A DNA stretch of 64,000 nt from Desulfuromonadales bacterium. Lineage in GTDB: Bacteria; Desulfobacterota; Desulfuromonadia; Desulfuromonadales; SZUA-540. Under the pieces are notes generated by a model, which saw only the letters and a list, made by a program, of their open reading frames with translations, was not told where the DNA came from and ran no database searches. The stretch lies in the NCBI GenBank assembly GCA_033549025.1, contig JAWSUS010000003.1, positions 64,001-128,000 of the forward strand. Direction: 5' to 3'. Every line of letters starts with the position of its first letter. Position 1 is the first letter of the stretch. Positions 28,453 through 37,501 of the stretch are shown here, one piece after another. Both the position numbers and the translations under genes were made by a program.

Positions 28453-30870
28453 ATGAACGACGAACAGGATAAAATCATCGAGGAAGATCGCGTAGGCAAT
28501 GGAGAGCCGGTCAGTGAGCCGGCGGGCGGGCTGGTTTTGGCCGCCGATCTCCTGCCGGAAGAGCTGCCCCTGGTCCCTTTGCGCCCCCGGCCGGCCTTCC
28601 CGGGGATCCTGATTCCCATGATGCTGTCCGGCAGCGATAAAGTGGAGACCGTCCGGCAGGCCATGGAGAGCCCCTCCCAGACCATCGGCCTGGTGTTGGT
28701 CAAAAACATCGAACAGGACGACCATCCCGACAACTTCCACCGCACCGGGGTCGCCGGCAAAATCGTCAAGATCATCGACATGGACGACGACAAGGTGCAG
28801 CTGCTGGTCAACTGCCTGGAGCGCTTCACCATCGAAGCCGTCCGTCCGGCGCCCCAGGGCTTTCGGGCCCGGGTCGAGTACCGTTTCAGTCCCGAGCTCT
28901 CCGTCAACCAGGAACTCAAGGCCTACTCCCTGGCCATCATCTCCACCCTGAAGGAGCTGGTGCAGATCAACCCCCTCTTCTCGGAGGAGATCAAACTCTT
29001 TCTCAACCGCTCCAGCATGGACGACCCCGGCCGCCTGGCCGACTTCGCCGCTAATCTGACCACGGCCGACGGCCAGGAACTCCAGACGATTCTGGCCACT
29101 TTCGATATCCGCAAACGCATCGACCGGGTGCTTGTCCTGCTGAAAAAGGAACTGGAAGTCAGCCGTCTGCAGAGCCGCATTTCCAAGCAGATCGAGGAAA
29201 AGATTTCGGCTCAGCAGCGCGAATTTTTCCTCAAGGAACAGCTCAAAGCCATCAAGAAGGAACTGGGCCTGGAAAAGGACGGCAAGACCGCCGAGACGGA
29301 AAAGTTCAAGCAGCGGCTCAAAACCCTGAAGCCCAACGCCGAGGCGGCAAAGGCTATCAACGAGGAGCTGGAAAAACTGCAGCTCCTTGACCCCTCTTCA
29401 CCGGAATACAACGTCAGCCGCAATTACCTGGAGTGGCTGACCATCCTGCCCTGGGGCAACTTCAGCAAGGATGCCTACAACATCGGGCGAGCCCGCAAAG
29501 TGCTTGACCGTGACCATTACGGGCTCAAGGACGTCAAGGAACGCATTCTGGAGTTCATCGCCGTCGGCAAGATGAAGGGGGACATATCCGGCTCCATCCT
29601 GCTGCTGGTCGGGCCTCCCGGTGTCGGCAAGACCTCCGTCGGCAAAAGCATTGCCAGCGCCCTGGGGCGCTCTTTCTTCCGCTTTTCTCTCGGCGGCATG
29701 CGGGACGAGGCCGAGATCAAGGGGCACCGGCGTACCTACATCGGCGCCATGCCCGGCAAATTTATCCAGGCTATGAAGAACGCCGGCACGGCCAATCCCG
29801 TGCTCATGCTCGATGAAATCGACAAGATCGGCGCTTCCTTCCAGGGCGACCCCGCCTCGGCTTTGCTGGAGGTTCTCGATCCCGAACAGAATGCCAGCTT
29901 CCGCGATCACTATCTCGACGTCCCCTTCGATCTTTCCAACGTCCTTTTCGTGGCGACGGCCAATCAGCTCGACACCATTCCCGCGCCGCTGCTGGACCGC
30001 ACCGAGATCATCCACCTGTCGGGCTATATCCTGGAGGAGAAAATCGAAATCGCCAAGCGCTACCTCATCCCCAAGGCTCTCAGCAGTCACGGCCTGGAGA
30101 AGAGTCGGGTCCGCATACGCCGCGATGCCCTGGAAAAGATCATCGACGGCTACGCCCGCGAGGCCGGGGTGCGCAACCTGGAGAACCGGATCAAAAAGAT
30201 CATGCGCAAGGCCGCCATGGAGTTTGCCGAGGGTCGCGAGGAGGATATCGTCATCCGCAAGGCCGACATCGAAACCTATCTGGGCAAGCCGGTTTTCAGC
30301 CAGGAGGAACTCTTCGAGGATGTCCCCGGCGTCGTCACCGGCCTGGCCTGGACCAGCATGGGCGGCGCCACCCTGGCCATCGAGGCGACGGCCATGCCCA
30401 GCAAGGGCAAGGGCTTCAAGCAGACCGGCCAGCTCGGCAAAGTCATGGTCGAGAGCTCGGAAATCGCCTATTCCTACGTCATGGCCCACCTGGAAGAGTA
30501 CGGGTCCAAAGCGAATTTCTTCGATTCCCATTTCGTCCATCTGCACGTCCCCGCCGGCGCCACCCCCAAAGATGGCCCCTCCGCCGGCGTCACCATGACC
30601 ACGGCCCTCCTTTCCATGATCACCGGTCGGGCGGTGCGTAAAAAACTGGGGATGACGGGCGAGTTGACCCTGACCGGACGGGTTCTGCCCATCGGCGGCG
30701 TCAAGGAAAAGACCATCGCCGCCCGCCGGGCCGGGCTCAAAACGCTGATCTTCCCCGAAGGCAACCGCAAGGATTTCGAAGAACTTGCCGATTACCTGCA
30801 GGAAGGACTGGACGTTCACTTTGCCCGCGACTATGCGGACGTCTATAAAGTCGCCTTTGCCGACCATTGA
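28453..30870 (+). CDS. lon: ATP-dependent Lon protease
   Basis: GPPGVGKT, LDEIDK, PKDGPSAG, TGE..L.GRVLPIGGVKEK. Confidence 0.98.
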   Translation: MNDEQDKIIEEDRVGNGEPVSEPAGGLVLAADLLPEELPLVPLRPRPAFPGILIPMMLSGSDKVETVRQAMESPSQTIGLVLVKNIEQDDHPDNFHRTGVAGKIVKIIDMDDDKVQLLVNCLERFTIEAVRPAPQGFRARVEYRFSPELSVNQELKAYSLAIISTLKELVQINPLFSEEIKLFLNRSSMDDPGRLADFAANLTTADGQELQTILATFDIRKRIDRVLVLLKKELEVSRLQSRISKQIEEKISAQQREFFLKEQLKAIKKELGLEKDGKTAETEKFKQRLKTLKPNAEAAKAINEELEKLQLLDPSSPEYNVSRNYLEWLTILPWGNFSKDAYNIGRARKVLDRDHYGLKDVKERILEFIAVGKMKGDISGSILLLVGPPGVGKTSVGKSIASALGRSFFRFSLGGMRDEAEIKGHRRTYIGAMPGKFIQAMKNAGTANPVLMLDEIDKIGASFQGDPASALLEVLDPEQNASFRDHYLDVPFDLSNVLFVATANQLDTIPAPLLDRTEIIHLSGYILEEKIEIAKRYLIPKALSSHGLEKSRVRIRRDALEKIIDGYAREAGVRNLENRIKKIMRKAAMEFAEGREEDIVIRKADIETYLGKPVFSQEELFEDVPGVVTGLAWTSMGGATLAIEATAMPSKGKGFKQTGQLGKVMVESSEIAYSYVMAHLEEYGSKANFFDSHFVHLHVPAGATPKDGPSAGVTMTTALLSMITGRAVRKKLGMTGELTLTGRVLPIGGVKEKTIAARRAGLKTLIFPEGNRKDFEELADYLQEGLDVHFARDYADVYKVAFADH

Positions 30871-30916
30871 CAACCAGGGGCAAGCGCCCCGACATCACCC
30901 AACCGGAGAACGATTC

Positions 30917-31147
30917 ATGACCGTACAGGAACTTAAAGCCGCCGTACTGGCGTTGGACGCCGAGCAGAAAAAAACCTTTATCCTTGAAGCCCTGCCCGAA
31001 CTGGCCCGTGAGGGCATGAAAGATCAGGCCTTCATGATGCAGCTCTTTCCCCTGCTCCTCAACCTGCTCAAGGAAAGTGGCATCGAGCTGCAGCAGCTTC
31101 TCCAATTCGCCGCCCTCATGGGAGGCGGGACCACCAGTCAGTCGTAA
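30917..31147 (+). CDS. small helical hypothetical protein (76 aa)
   Basis: GGAG RBS, coding-like codon usage, directly after lon. Confidence 0.7.
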   Translation: MTVQELKAAVLALDAEQKKTFILEALPELAREGMKDQAFMMQLFPLLLNLLKESGIELQQLLQFAALMGGGTTSQS

Positions 31148-31156
31148 ATTTAGCCG

Positions 31157-31185
31157 TTGACGAACCACGGAAGAATTGCTACTTT
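31157..31185 (+). promoter_or_regulatory. sigma70 promoter of the trpS leader
   Basis: TTGACG-17-TACTTT with an extended -10 TG. Confidence 0.65.
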
Positions 31186-31193
31186 TTCCAACC

Positions 31194-31259
31194 ATGAAAC
31201 AGTCTTTGCACACAGACATGACTCGTATCAGCCTTTGGTGGCGCTGGGCCTCTTTCTGA
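31194..31259 (+). CDS. Trp-rich attenuator leader peptide MKQSLHTDMTRISLWWRWASF (alternative start 31218)
   Basis: TGG TGG CGC TGG at 31236-31247, upstream of a terminator and trpS. Confidence 0.85.
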   Translation: MKQSLHTDMTRISLWWRWASF

Positions 31260-31327
31260 ACCGGTCCGCGACCCCAGACAATATGTCATGCCCGCGTACC
31301 GAATAAGGTCGCGGTCAGTCCTACGAG

Positions 31328-31359
31328 AAAAGCCGCGGCCAAAAACCGCGGCTTTTTTT
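31328..31359 (+). terminator. attenuator terminator upstream of trpS
   Basis: AAAAGCCGCGG-CCAAAAA-CCGCGGCTTTTTTT. Confidence 0.9.
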
Positions 31360-31438
31360 ATTGAATCTCTCTCACGATCTTTTTCTGCCGTCGTGAGAGG
31401 CCCTTATTAACCCTTACTGCTTATCACGAGGTACCGAC

Positions 31439-32404
31439 ATGCGCGTTCTTTCCGGCATCCAGCCTTCCGGCTCCCTGCACCTGGGCAATTTTTTCGGCAT
31501 GATGAAAAAAATGATCGAGCACCAGGAACAGCAGGATCTCTTCTGTTTCATCGCCAACTATCACGCCATGACCAGCGTCGCTAACGGCAAACAGCTGGCA
31601 CAGGGAACCCTGGAGGCCGCCGCCAACTTTCTGGCGCTTGGTCTCGACCCTGAAAGGAGCACGTTCTGGGTCCAGTCGGATCTGCCCGAGGTGCAGGAGC
31701 TGGCCTGGGCCCTCTCCAACTTTACCCCCATGGGGTTGCTGGAACGTTGCCACAGCTACAAGGACAAGATCGCCCGCGGCATCGCCGCCAACCATGGCCT
31801 CTTCGCCTATCCGGTGCTGATGGCGGCGGACATCCTGCTCTTTCAGAGCGAGAAAGTGCCCGTCGGCAAGGACCAGAAACAGCATGTCGAAGTGACCCGC
31901 GACATCGCCATCAAGTTCAACAACGCCTACGGCGACATCTTCACGCTGCCTGAACCCGAGATCGACGACGAAGTAGCGACCGTCCCCGGCATCGACGGCC
32001 AGAAGATGAGCAAGAGCTACGGCAATACCATCGACCTGTTTCAGGAAGAGAAGACGCTACGCAAAAGCGTGATGCGCATCGTCACCGATCCGACGCCGGT
32101 GGAAGAGGCCAAGGACCCGGACAAATGCAACGTCTTCCAGATCTACCGGCTCTTTCTGAACAAGGAAGAGGAGAAGAGCCTGCGCCAGCGCTATCTGGCC
32201 GGGGGGATGGGGTACGGCGAGGTCAAAGAGGAACTCTTCGTGACGGTACGGGACTTCTTCGCCCCTTATGCTGCCCGGCGCCAGGAGCTGTTGGCCGACC
32301 AGGACCGCTTGCGCAAAATTCTGGCTAATGGCCGCGACAAGGCTCGCTATGCCGCCAGCAAAACCCTGCGCAAAGTGCGAAAGAAAACAGGACTGGCCTA
32401 TTGA
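31439..32404 (+). CDS. trpS: tryptophanyl-tRNA synthetase
   Basis: SGIQPSG, HLGN, YPVLMAADILL, VPVGKDQKQH, KMSKS. Confidence 0.98.
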   Translation: MRVLSGIQPSGSLHLGNFFGMMKKMIEHQEQQDLFCFIANYHAMTSVANGKQLAQGTLEAAANFLALGLDPERSTFWVQSDLPEVQELAWALSNFTPMGLLERCHSYKDKIARGIAANHGLFAYPVLMAADILLFQSEKVPVGKDQKQHVEVTRDIAIKFNNAYGDIFTLPEPEIDDEVATVPGIDGQKMSKSYGNTIDLFQEEKTLRKSVMRIVTDPTPVEEAKDPDKCNVFQIYRLFLNKEEEKSLRQRYLAGGMGYGEVKEELFVTVRDFFAPYAARRQELLADQDRLRKILANGRDKARYAASKTLRKVRKKTGLAY

Positions 32405-32528
32405 GGCCTTGCACCCCGGGCAAGTCTTGGCATACTTGAAGGGCCCACACACGGGGGAGTCCTGGCTTATCTCGCCGGGACTCCCCTGCTTTGCCGCCAT
32501 TCGCCCGTCCTGTCCAAGGAGGTCCGCC

Positions 32529-32711
32529 ATGACGACGACCCGCCGGAAGTGGTTCTGTACCTGCAGCGGTCAACCCCGCGAACTCAACGAGGAAAAGTTG
32601 GTTGACGAGGAAGAGGGTGCCGAGCCTTTCTGCCCCCGCTGCGGGGCGACGCCGTCCTCCGACCCCAAAAAGACACTCAGCTACCGGGACCAGGAGACCT
32701 GGGACGACTAG
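32529..32711 (+). CDS. small putative Zn-binding protein (60 aa)
   Basis: AAGGAGG RBS; CTC...CPRC motif. Confidence 0.7.
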   Translation: MTTTRRKWFCTCSGQPRELNEEKLVDEEEGAEPFCPRCGATPSSDPKKTLSYRDQETWDD

Positions 32712-32884
32712 ATCGACTCGGGCCGGGTGAAAAGGACAAAGGCCATGGCAGGCCGTTTGCTGGCTTCGCGCATGGCGAACTGAATGTTTTCGAAGTGCCA
32801 CCCCTGGGCGGTGTATTCATTGAGAATGGCTTCGAGTGTTTCATCGGTGACGATGCTGGTTTCTACCACTTTGTAGCTTACCAT
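32708..32884 (-). CDS. DUF4177-like small protein
   Basis: YKVV...LE.ILNE...QGW.F pattern; GGAGG RBS. Confidence 0.75.
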   Translation of the reverse strand: MVSYKVVETSIVTDETLEAILNEYTAQGWHFENIQFAMREASKRPAMAFVLFTRPESI

Positions 32885-32925
32885 CCTATTTTCCCCTCCA
32901 TTCATAACAGGCCCAGAGCATATCT

Positions 32926-33195
32926 ATGGCTATCAGCGGCAATCCGAAAAAATTCGCCCGGGACATCGCCGAGGGCTTTTTCAATCTTTCCACCGCCACG
33001 CTGCGCCAGTACACGCCAGCGGACCTTAAAGTCATTCTGACCAACCTGGGCATCGTGGCCCGTGAGCTGCGCGGTGAACAGATTCCCCTTGAGGACGTCC
33101 TGGCCCTCAAGACCAAAAACATGAAGCTCACCCGACTCAACCAGGCCGACATGATCATCAGGGCCCACTGCAAAAAACTACGCATCCCTCTCTGA
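32926..33195 (+). CDS. hypothetical protein (89 aa)
   Basis: coding-like codon usage, fills the gap; family not recognised. Confidence 0.75.
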   Translation: MAISGNPKKFARDIAEGFFNLSTATLRQYTPADLKVILTNLGIVARELRGEQIPLEDVLALKTKNMKLTRLNQADMIIRAHCKKLRIPL

Positions 33196-33213
33196 CCAAC
33201 CCTATCCGCCATT

Positions 33214-34074
33214 TTACTCAGACCCACCGCCGCAGAGACAGCAGGAGGCAACCGCGCAGGACCGGCACACTTCGCCCCGGCGACCGCGGCAGCCCTCGCT
33301 GATACCGAGATGAGCCAGGGCAAAGTCGAAGCGCACCGGATCCGAGGCATCGAAAGCGCGCAGGCGCTCCGTCACCTCCAAGGCCATCTTCCAGTCGGCC
33401 GTACGCCGGACCGAGAGGCCGAGCAGTCGTGAAATGCGGCCGGTATGGGTATCCAGAGGCAATACCAGGCGGGCCGGCGCTATTGTCGTCCACAGGCCGA
33501 GATCGATACCGTCGTCCGGACGGACCACCCATCGCAAAAACATGCAAAGGCGCTTGCAGGCACTGCCCCCTTCCGGGCTGGGAAAAAAATAACGCACACC
33601 GGCCTTTGCCGGCAAGCGTCCTCCCGCATAAAAAGGGGAAACATCCTGCGCCAGGGCTCGGCGGCAAAAGGAGGCCAGAGCCTGCGTGATGGTCGCACCA
33701 CCGTCATCCCCCTGACCAAAGAAGTTCTCCAGGCTCCCCGCCGTTTCAATCATCCCGCGCATCAGCCAGAACAGGCAGGCCAGATCCTTCTCATCGTTAA
33801 AACGATGCTTGAAGCCCCGCAGGTAAGCCGCGTCGCGCCTCGGATTAAAGTTGGCGATAAAGTCGGCAGGGCTTTTTCCCATGCGCCCGATCAGATCCTC
33901 GACATGGCGCAGAATAATGCCCACCTGCCCATAGGCCAGAGCGGCGCTGACAAAAGCGACCGCCTCCCGATCGGCGAAGGAACTGAACTGCCGTGGGAAC
34001 CGGACAGGATCCTTCTGCAGGAAATTCGCCCCGCGTCCCGCCTGTACTTTTTCGAGAATGTCCTGAAGCATCAT
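33214..34074 (-). CDS. TIGR02757-family protein (HhH-GPD-like)
   Basis: DPV.FP, ALAYG, SACKRL.MFLRWVVR, DLGLW, PLDTH, DPVRFDFAL. Confidence 0.88.
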   Translation of the reverse strand: MMLQDILEKVQAGRGANFLQKDPVRFPRQFSSFADREAVAFVSAALAYGQVGIILRHVEDLIGRMGKSPADFIANFNPRRDAAYLRGFKHRFNDEKDLACLFWLMRGMIETAGSLENFFGQGDDGGATITQALASFCRRALAQDVSPFYAGGRLPAKAGVRYFFPSPEGGSACKRLCMFLRWVVRPDDGIDLGLWTTIAPARLVLPLDTHTGRISRLLGLSVRRTADWKMALEVTERLRAFDASDPVRFDFALAHLGISEGCRGRRGEVCRSCAVASCCLCGGGSE

Positions 34075-34233
34075 GGGATGAAAATATCACAGGATTGGGA
34101 AGAATTACCAGCCATAGCAAAACATTTTTCTACCCACAATGGGTGATTTTTTAACTTATTGTAAACACAAATACAATCTGCGACCCAGATGGCGTTCACA
34201 GGCCGAAACAAAGGGTTTATTCCAAGTTTTCTA

Positions 34234-34261
34234 TTGACATAAACATAGAACGGCGTATTAT
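34234..34261 (+). promoter_or_regulatory. sigma70-type promoter of DUF485-actP
   Basis: TTGACA-16-TATTAT in an AT-rich intergenic region. Confidence 0.55.
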
Positions 34262-34517
34262 TGCGCCGAAAATAAAATCCACATCGTATATTTTTTACCA
34301 GAACCCTGCCTTGCTTGAAGCAGGCGATCAAAATCCAGCACCAATTGAGACCAAGCCGGCTCCCTTCCCTCGGGGGGACGGTTGTGTTGGGAGTAGGCAC
34401 CCTTCAGAACTTTCGGTCGAAAGCTTCCCATGGGCCCTGCTTTTCTGCCAGGCAAGTTCATCTGGTTTTATTCACCGGTTATCACCCAAGAACCACAAGC
34501 GAAAAGGAGCAACGAAA

Positions 34518-34784
34518 ATGGGACACGGACCCGCAGTAAAACTGGGCAAAGATAACGCTCAGGGCTACAAAACCACTTTGGGCGTTTGGATGTTCATCGC
34601 CTACACCATCGTTTATGCCGGCTTTATCGTCATCAACACGGTTAAGCCATCCCTCATGGAAAAAGTTATTTTCGGCCAGACTCTGGCGATCGTCTACGGC
34701 TTCGGCCTGCTGGCTTTTGCCCTGGTACTCGCTGTCGTCTACAACCAGCTCTGCAATGCCGCAGAAGCCCGGTTGAATAAATAA
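34518..34784 (+). CDS. DUF485 small membrane subunit (YjcH-like)
   Basis: AAGGAG RBS, 2 TM segments, directly upstream of actP. Confidence 0.88.
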   Translation: MGHGPAVKLGKDNAQGYKTTLGVWMFIAYTIVYAGFIVINTVKPSLMEKVIFGQTLAIVYGFGLLAFALVLAVVYNQLCNAAEARLNK

Positions 34785-34796
34785 AGGAGTGGTCGC

Positions 34797-36731
34797 ATGA
34801 ACTACGAAACTTCACCGCTGGCCATCGTCCTTTTCTTCAGCTTTGTCGCCTTTGTCCTCGGCCTCTCCTTCTACCTGGCCCGCCGGACGACCTCTTCGGC
34901 CGGCTATTATGCCGCGGGCGGCAACATTCACTGGTTCACCAACGGTATCGCCTTTGCCGGCGACTACCTTTCCGCTGCCAGCTTCCTTGGCATCTGCGGC
35001 ATGATCGCCACCGCCGGCTTCGATGGCTGGATGTACGCTATCGGTTACCTGGCAGGCTGGATGGTCGCCCTCTTCCTGGTGGCCGAACCGATGAAGCGCC
35101 TGGGCAAATACACCTTCACCGACGCCCTCGACTCCAAGTTCAACTCCAAGGGCATTCAGCTGATGGCGGCCATCAGCACCTTGGTTGTCTCGGTATTCTA
35201 CCTTATCCCCCAGATGGTCGGCGCCGGCGTTCTCGTTAAGCCCCTGCTGGGTATGCCTCACTGGGTTGGCGTCAGCATTGTCGGTATAGTCGTTACGATT
35301 ATCGTAGCCACCGCCGGCATGGCCTCCACCACCTACGTACAGTTCTTCAAGGGCTCGCTGCTGCTTATCGTCTCCACAATTCTCGTGGCCTCTGTTTTGA
35401 CCCGCGGCCTCTCCAGTGAGCCCAAAGGCTTCGGTAACAACCCCAAGCCCCTGCAAACCTTGACCGCCAGCATCGCTGCCGATGGTTCCCTGCAGGCTGG
35501 TGAATTGACAGCGCCGGCCGGATGGCAGGAAAGCGAGTTCGGCAAAGCCGGACTGGTTCAACTTACCAGCAATGGCGCGGAGTCTGTCTGGTCTTTCGCC
35601 GCCAACACCGATGGCAGCTACACGCTGAACGAGGCTCTTTTTGTCGTCACTCAACCAGACGGCACCAAACTCTACAACGGCGGGTCCAAGGAAGATGCCA
35701 AGTTCTTTCCTGTTGGCAACCTCAAGGAAATCACCATTGACGGCCAACAGGTCGCCCAGACCGGCGCCATCGGACCTTTCGCCTATCTTTCCGCCGTCAA
35801 GGACTCAACGGTCATTCTCTGGGGTAAAAAGTACGTCCTGGCTGGGGATACCAAGTATGAAGTCTTTTACCAGAAGCCGACCCCTGGCGCCCGCGTGCTG
35901 CGTCCCGGCCTGAAGTTCAAGGTCGACAACGCCACCGGCACCGAGAAATTCAACTTCATTTCTTTGATGCTGGCTCTTTTCTGCGGTACTGCGGCCCTGC
36001 CTCACATCCTCATCCGCTACTACACCGTACCGAGCCAGGCTGCCGCCCGTAAGTCGACCATCGTCGCCATCGCCGCCATCGGCTTCTTTTATGTCCTCAC
36101 CCTGTATCTGGGTGTTGGCGCTATGACCAACGGTGTCATCAACCTCACCGACAACAACATGAGCGCCCCTCTGCTGGCACTGTCTTTCGGGGTCATTCTT
36201 TTTGCCGTCATCTCGTCTTTGGCTTTCGCCACCGTCCTCGGCACCGTCTCCGGTCTTATCGTCGCCGCCTCGGGTGCCGTGGCCCATGACCTGATGGACA
36301 ACTTCCTCGGCCTCCACATGAGTGATGCCGGCAAGGTAAAAGCCGGAAAGATCGCCGCTATCGTGGTCGGCTGCATCGCCATCTACCTGGGCATCATCTT
36401 TGAAGGGATGAACGTTTCCTTCCTGGTCGGCTGGGCCTTTGCGGTGGCGGCCTCGGCCAACCTGCCGGCTATCCTTATGCTGCTTTTCTGGAAGAAAACC
36501 ACCGCCAAAGGCGTGGCTGCATCCATCACGGTCGGCCTGACCTCCGCTCTGGGTCTGATTCTCATCTCCCCCGACATGTGGGTCCGCTACGGCCTGCTGC
36601 CTGGCGATGCGCCGGTTCAGTTCAACAGCCCGGCGGCCATTTCCATCCCGCTGAGCTTCTTCGCTCTGGTCATCGTCTCCCTCATGACGCAGAAGGATGC
36701 TGTCAGCAGCGAAGCAACCGAGGCGGCCTAA
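34797..36731 (+). CDS. actP: cation/acetate symporter (SSS family)
   Basis: YYAAGG, NGIAFAGDYLSAASFLG, YLIPQMVGAG, GTAALPHILIRYYTVP, AFAVAASANLP. Confidence 0.93.
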   Translation: MNYETSPLAIVLFFSFVAFVLGLSFYLARRTTSSAGYYAAGGNIHWFTNGIAFAGDYLSAASFLGICGMIATAGFDGWMYAIGYLAGWMVALFLVAEPMKRLGKYTFTDALDSKFNSKGIQLMAAISTLVVSVFYLIPQMVGAGVLVKPLLGMPHWVGVSIVGIVVTIIVATAGMASTTYVQFFKGSLLLIVSTILVASVLTRGLSSEPKGFGNNPKPLQTLTASIAADGSLQAGELTAPAGWQESEFGKAGLVQLTSNGAESVWSFAANTDGSYTLNEALFVVTQPDGTKLYNGGSKEDAKFFPVGNLKEITIDGQQVAQTGAIGPFAYLSAVKDSTVILWGKKYVLAGDTKYEVFYQKPTPGARVLRPGLKFKVDNATGTEKFNFISLMLALFCGTAALPHILIRYYTVPSQAAARKSTIVAIAAIGFFYVLTLYLGVGAMTNGVINLTDNNMSAPLLALSFGVILFAVISSLAFATVLGTVSGLIVAASGAVAHDLMDNFLGLHMSDAGKVKAGKIAAIVVGCIAIYLGIIFEGMNVSFLVGWAFAVAASANLPAILMLLFWKKTTAKGVAASITVGLTSALGLILISPDMWVRYGLLPGDAPVQFNSPAAISIPLSFFALVIVSLMTQKDAVSSEATEAA

Positions 36732-36773
36732 AGCATAAGATGTTGCACCCTGTTCTTCATTTGTCATACACTG

Positions 36774-36802
36774 GGGCCGCCTGCATGGCGGCCCTTTTTT
36801 TT
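36774..36802 (+). terminator. intrinsic terminator of actP
   Basis: GGGCCGCC-TGCAT-GGCGGCCC followed by T8. Confidence 0.9.
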
Positions 36803-36821
36803 CATACGCTCCCAAGGAACT

Positions 36822-37463
36822 TTGTCCATGAAACGATTTCGCTTTACCCTGACCGCAGTCTGCCTGGTTCTTATCTGGCTGGGCTGGGCTGATGTCTCTC
36901 TGTTCTTACGCAATCGCGCTCCCCAGACCATCACTGCCGCCGCGCTGGTAGAAAATGGCCCGCCACGGGAGTGGCTGCACGTCACCGGCGGTCATCTGGA
37001 TTTGCTGGAGGGGATCTCCACCTCCGGGAGCCTGGAGCTTGAAGCTTTTCTGATTCCGCTGCGTCTCTCTCCAGGCGTTCAGCCCATTGATATTCTGGTC
37101 GAAACCCGTGACCCGCAGATCATTAAGCGCCTGCAGGATTATTACTTCACGTTCGACTCAGAGACGGAACAGCGGGCTTACCTGGAAGCCCACGCCGAAG
37201 ATTTCAGGGGACAACGTGACATCACAGGCATGCTTGTAGGCGGTCTGGTGGCAAGCGGCAACAAGGACAAACTGCTCAAGCTGGCGCGTGAGGAAGGGCT
37301 GGACATCAGCGAAAACATCATTTTTCTCAGCGCCAGGAAGGAGCCGGCCAGAATTCGTGGATTTTTCTTCTTGGGACTGGGGCTGCTGGGTCTATTAAAG
37401 GTGGGCAGCATGTGGAGAAATGCCGGGAAGGACGCCACTCCCGAAACAGAAAATCCGCTGTAG
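36822..37463 (+). CDS. hypothetical membrane protein (N- and C-terminal TM, soluble middle)
   Basis: ORF fills the gap; two hydrophobic segments; start may be ATG 36828. Confidence 0.7.
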   Translation: MSMKRFRFTLTAVCLVLIWLGWADVSLFLRNRAPQTITAAALVENGPPREWLHVTGGHLDLLEGISTSGSLELEAFLIPLRLSPGVQPIDILVETRDPQIIKRLQDYYFTFDSETEQRAYLEAHAEDFRGQRDITGMLVGGLVASGNKDKLLKLAREEGLDISENIIFLSARKEPARIRGFFFLGLGLLGLLKVGSMWRNAGKDATPETENPL

Positions 37464-37501
37464 CCTCTTTAACTGCTCTGTCTCAGCGACCGGGAACTGA
37501 C

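Noticed and set aside
32268..32528. Upstream extension of ORF 32268..32711
   Set aside because: It overlaps the trpS 3' end and a hairpin; the AAGGAGG SD marks ATG 32529
34075..34517. c-di-GMP/cGAMP (GEMM) or c-di-AMP riboswitch, and the 69-aa N-terminal extension of ORF 34311
   Set aside because: No GCAAA..GAAA..GACGCAAAGC or ydaO core seen; the strong SD supports ATG 34518
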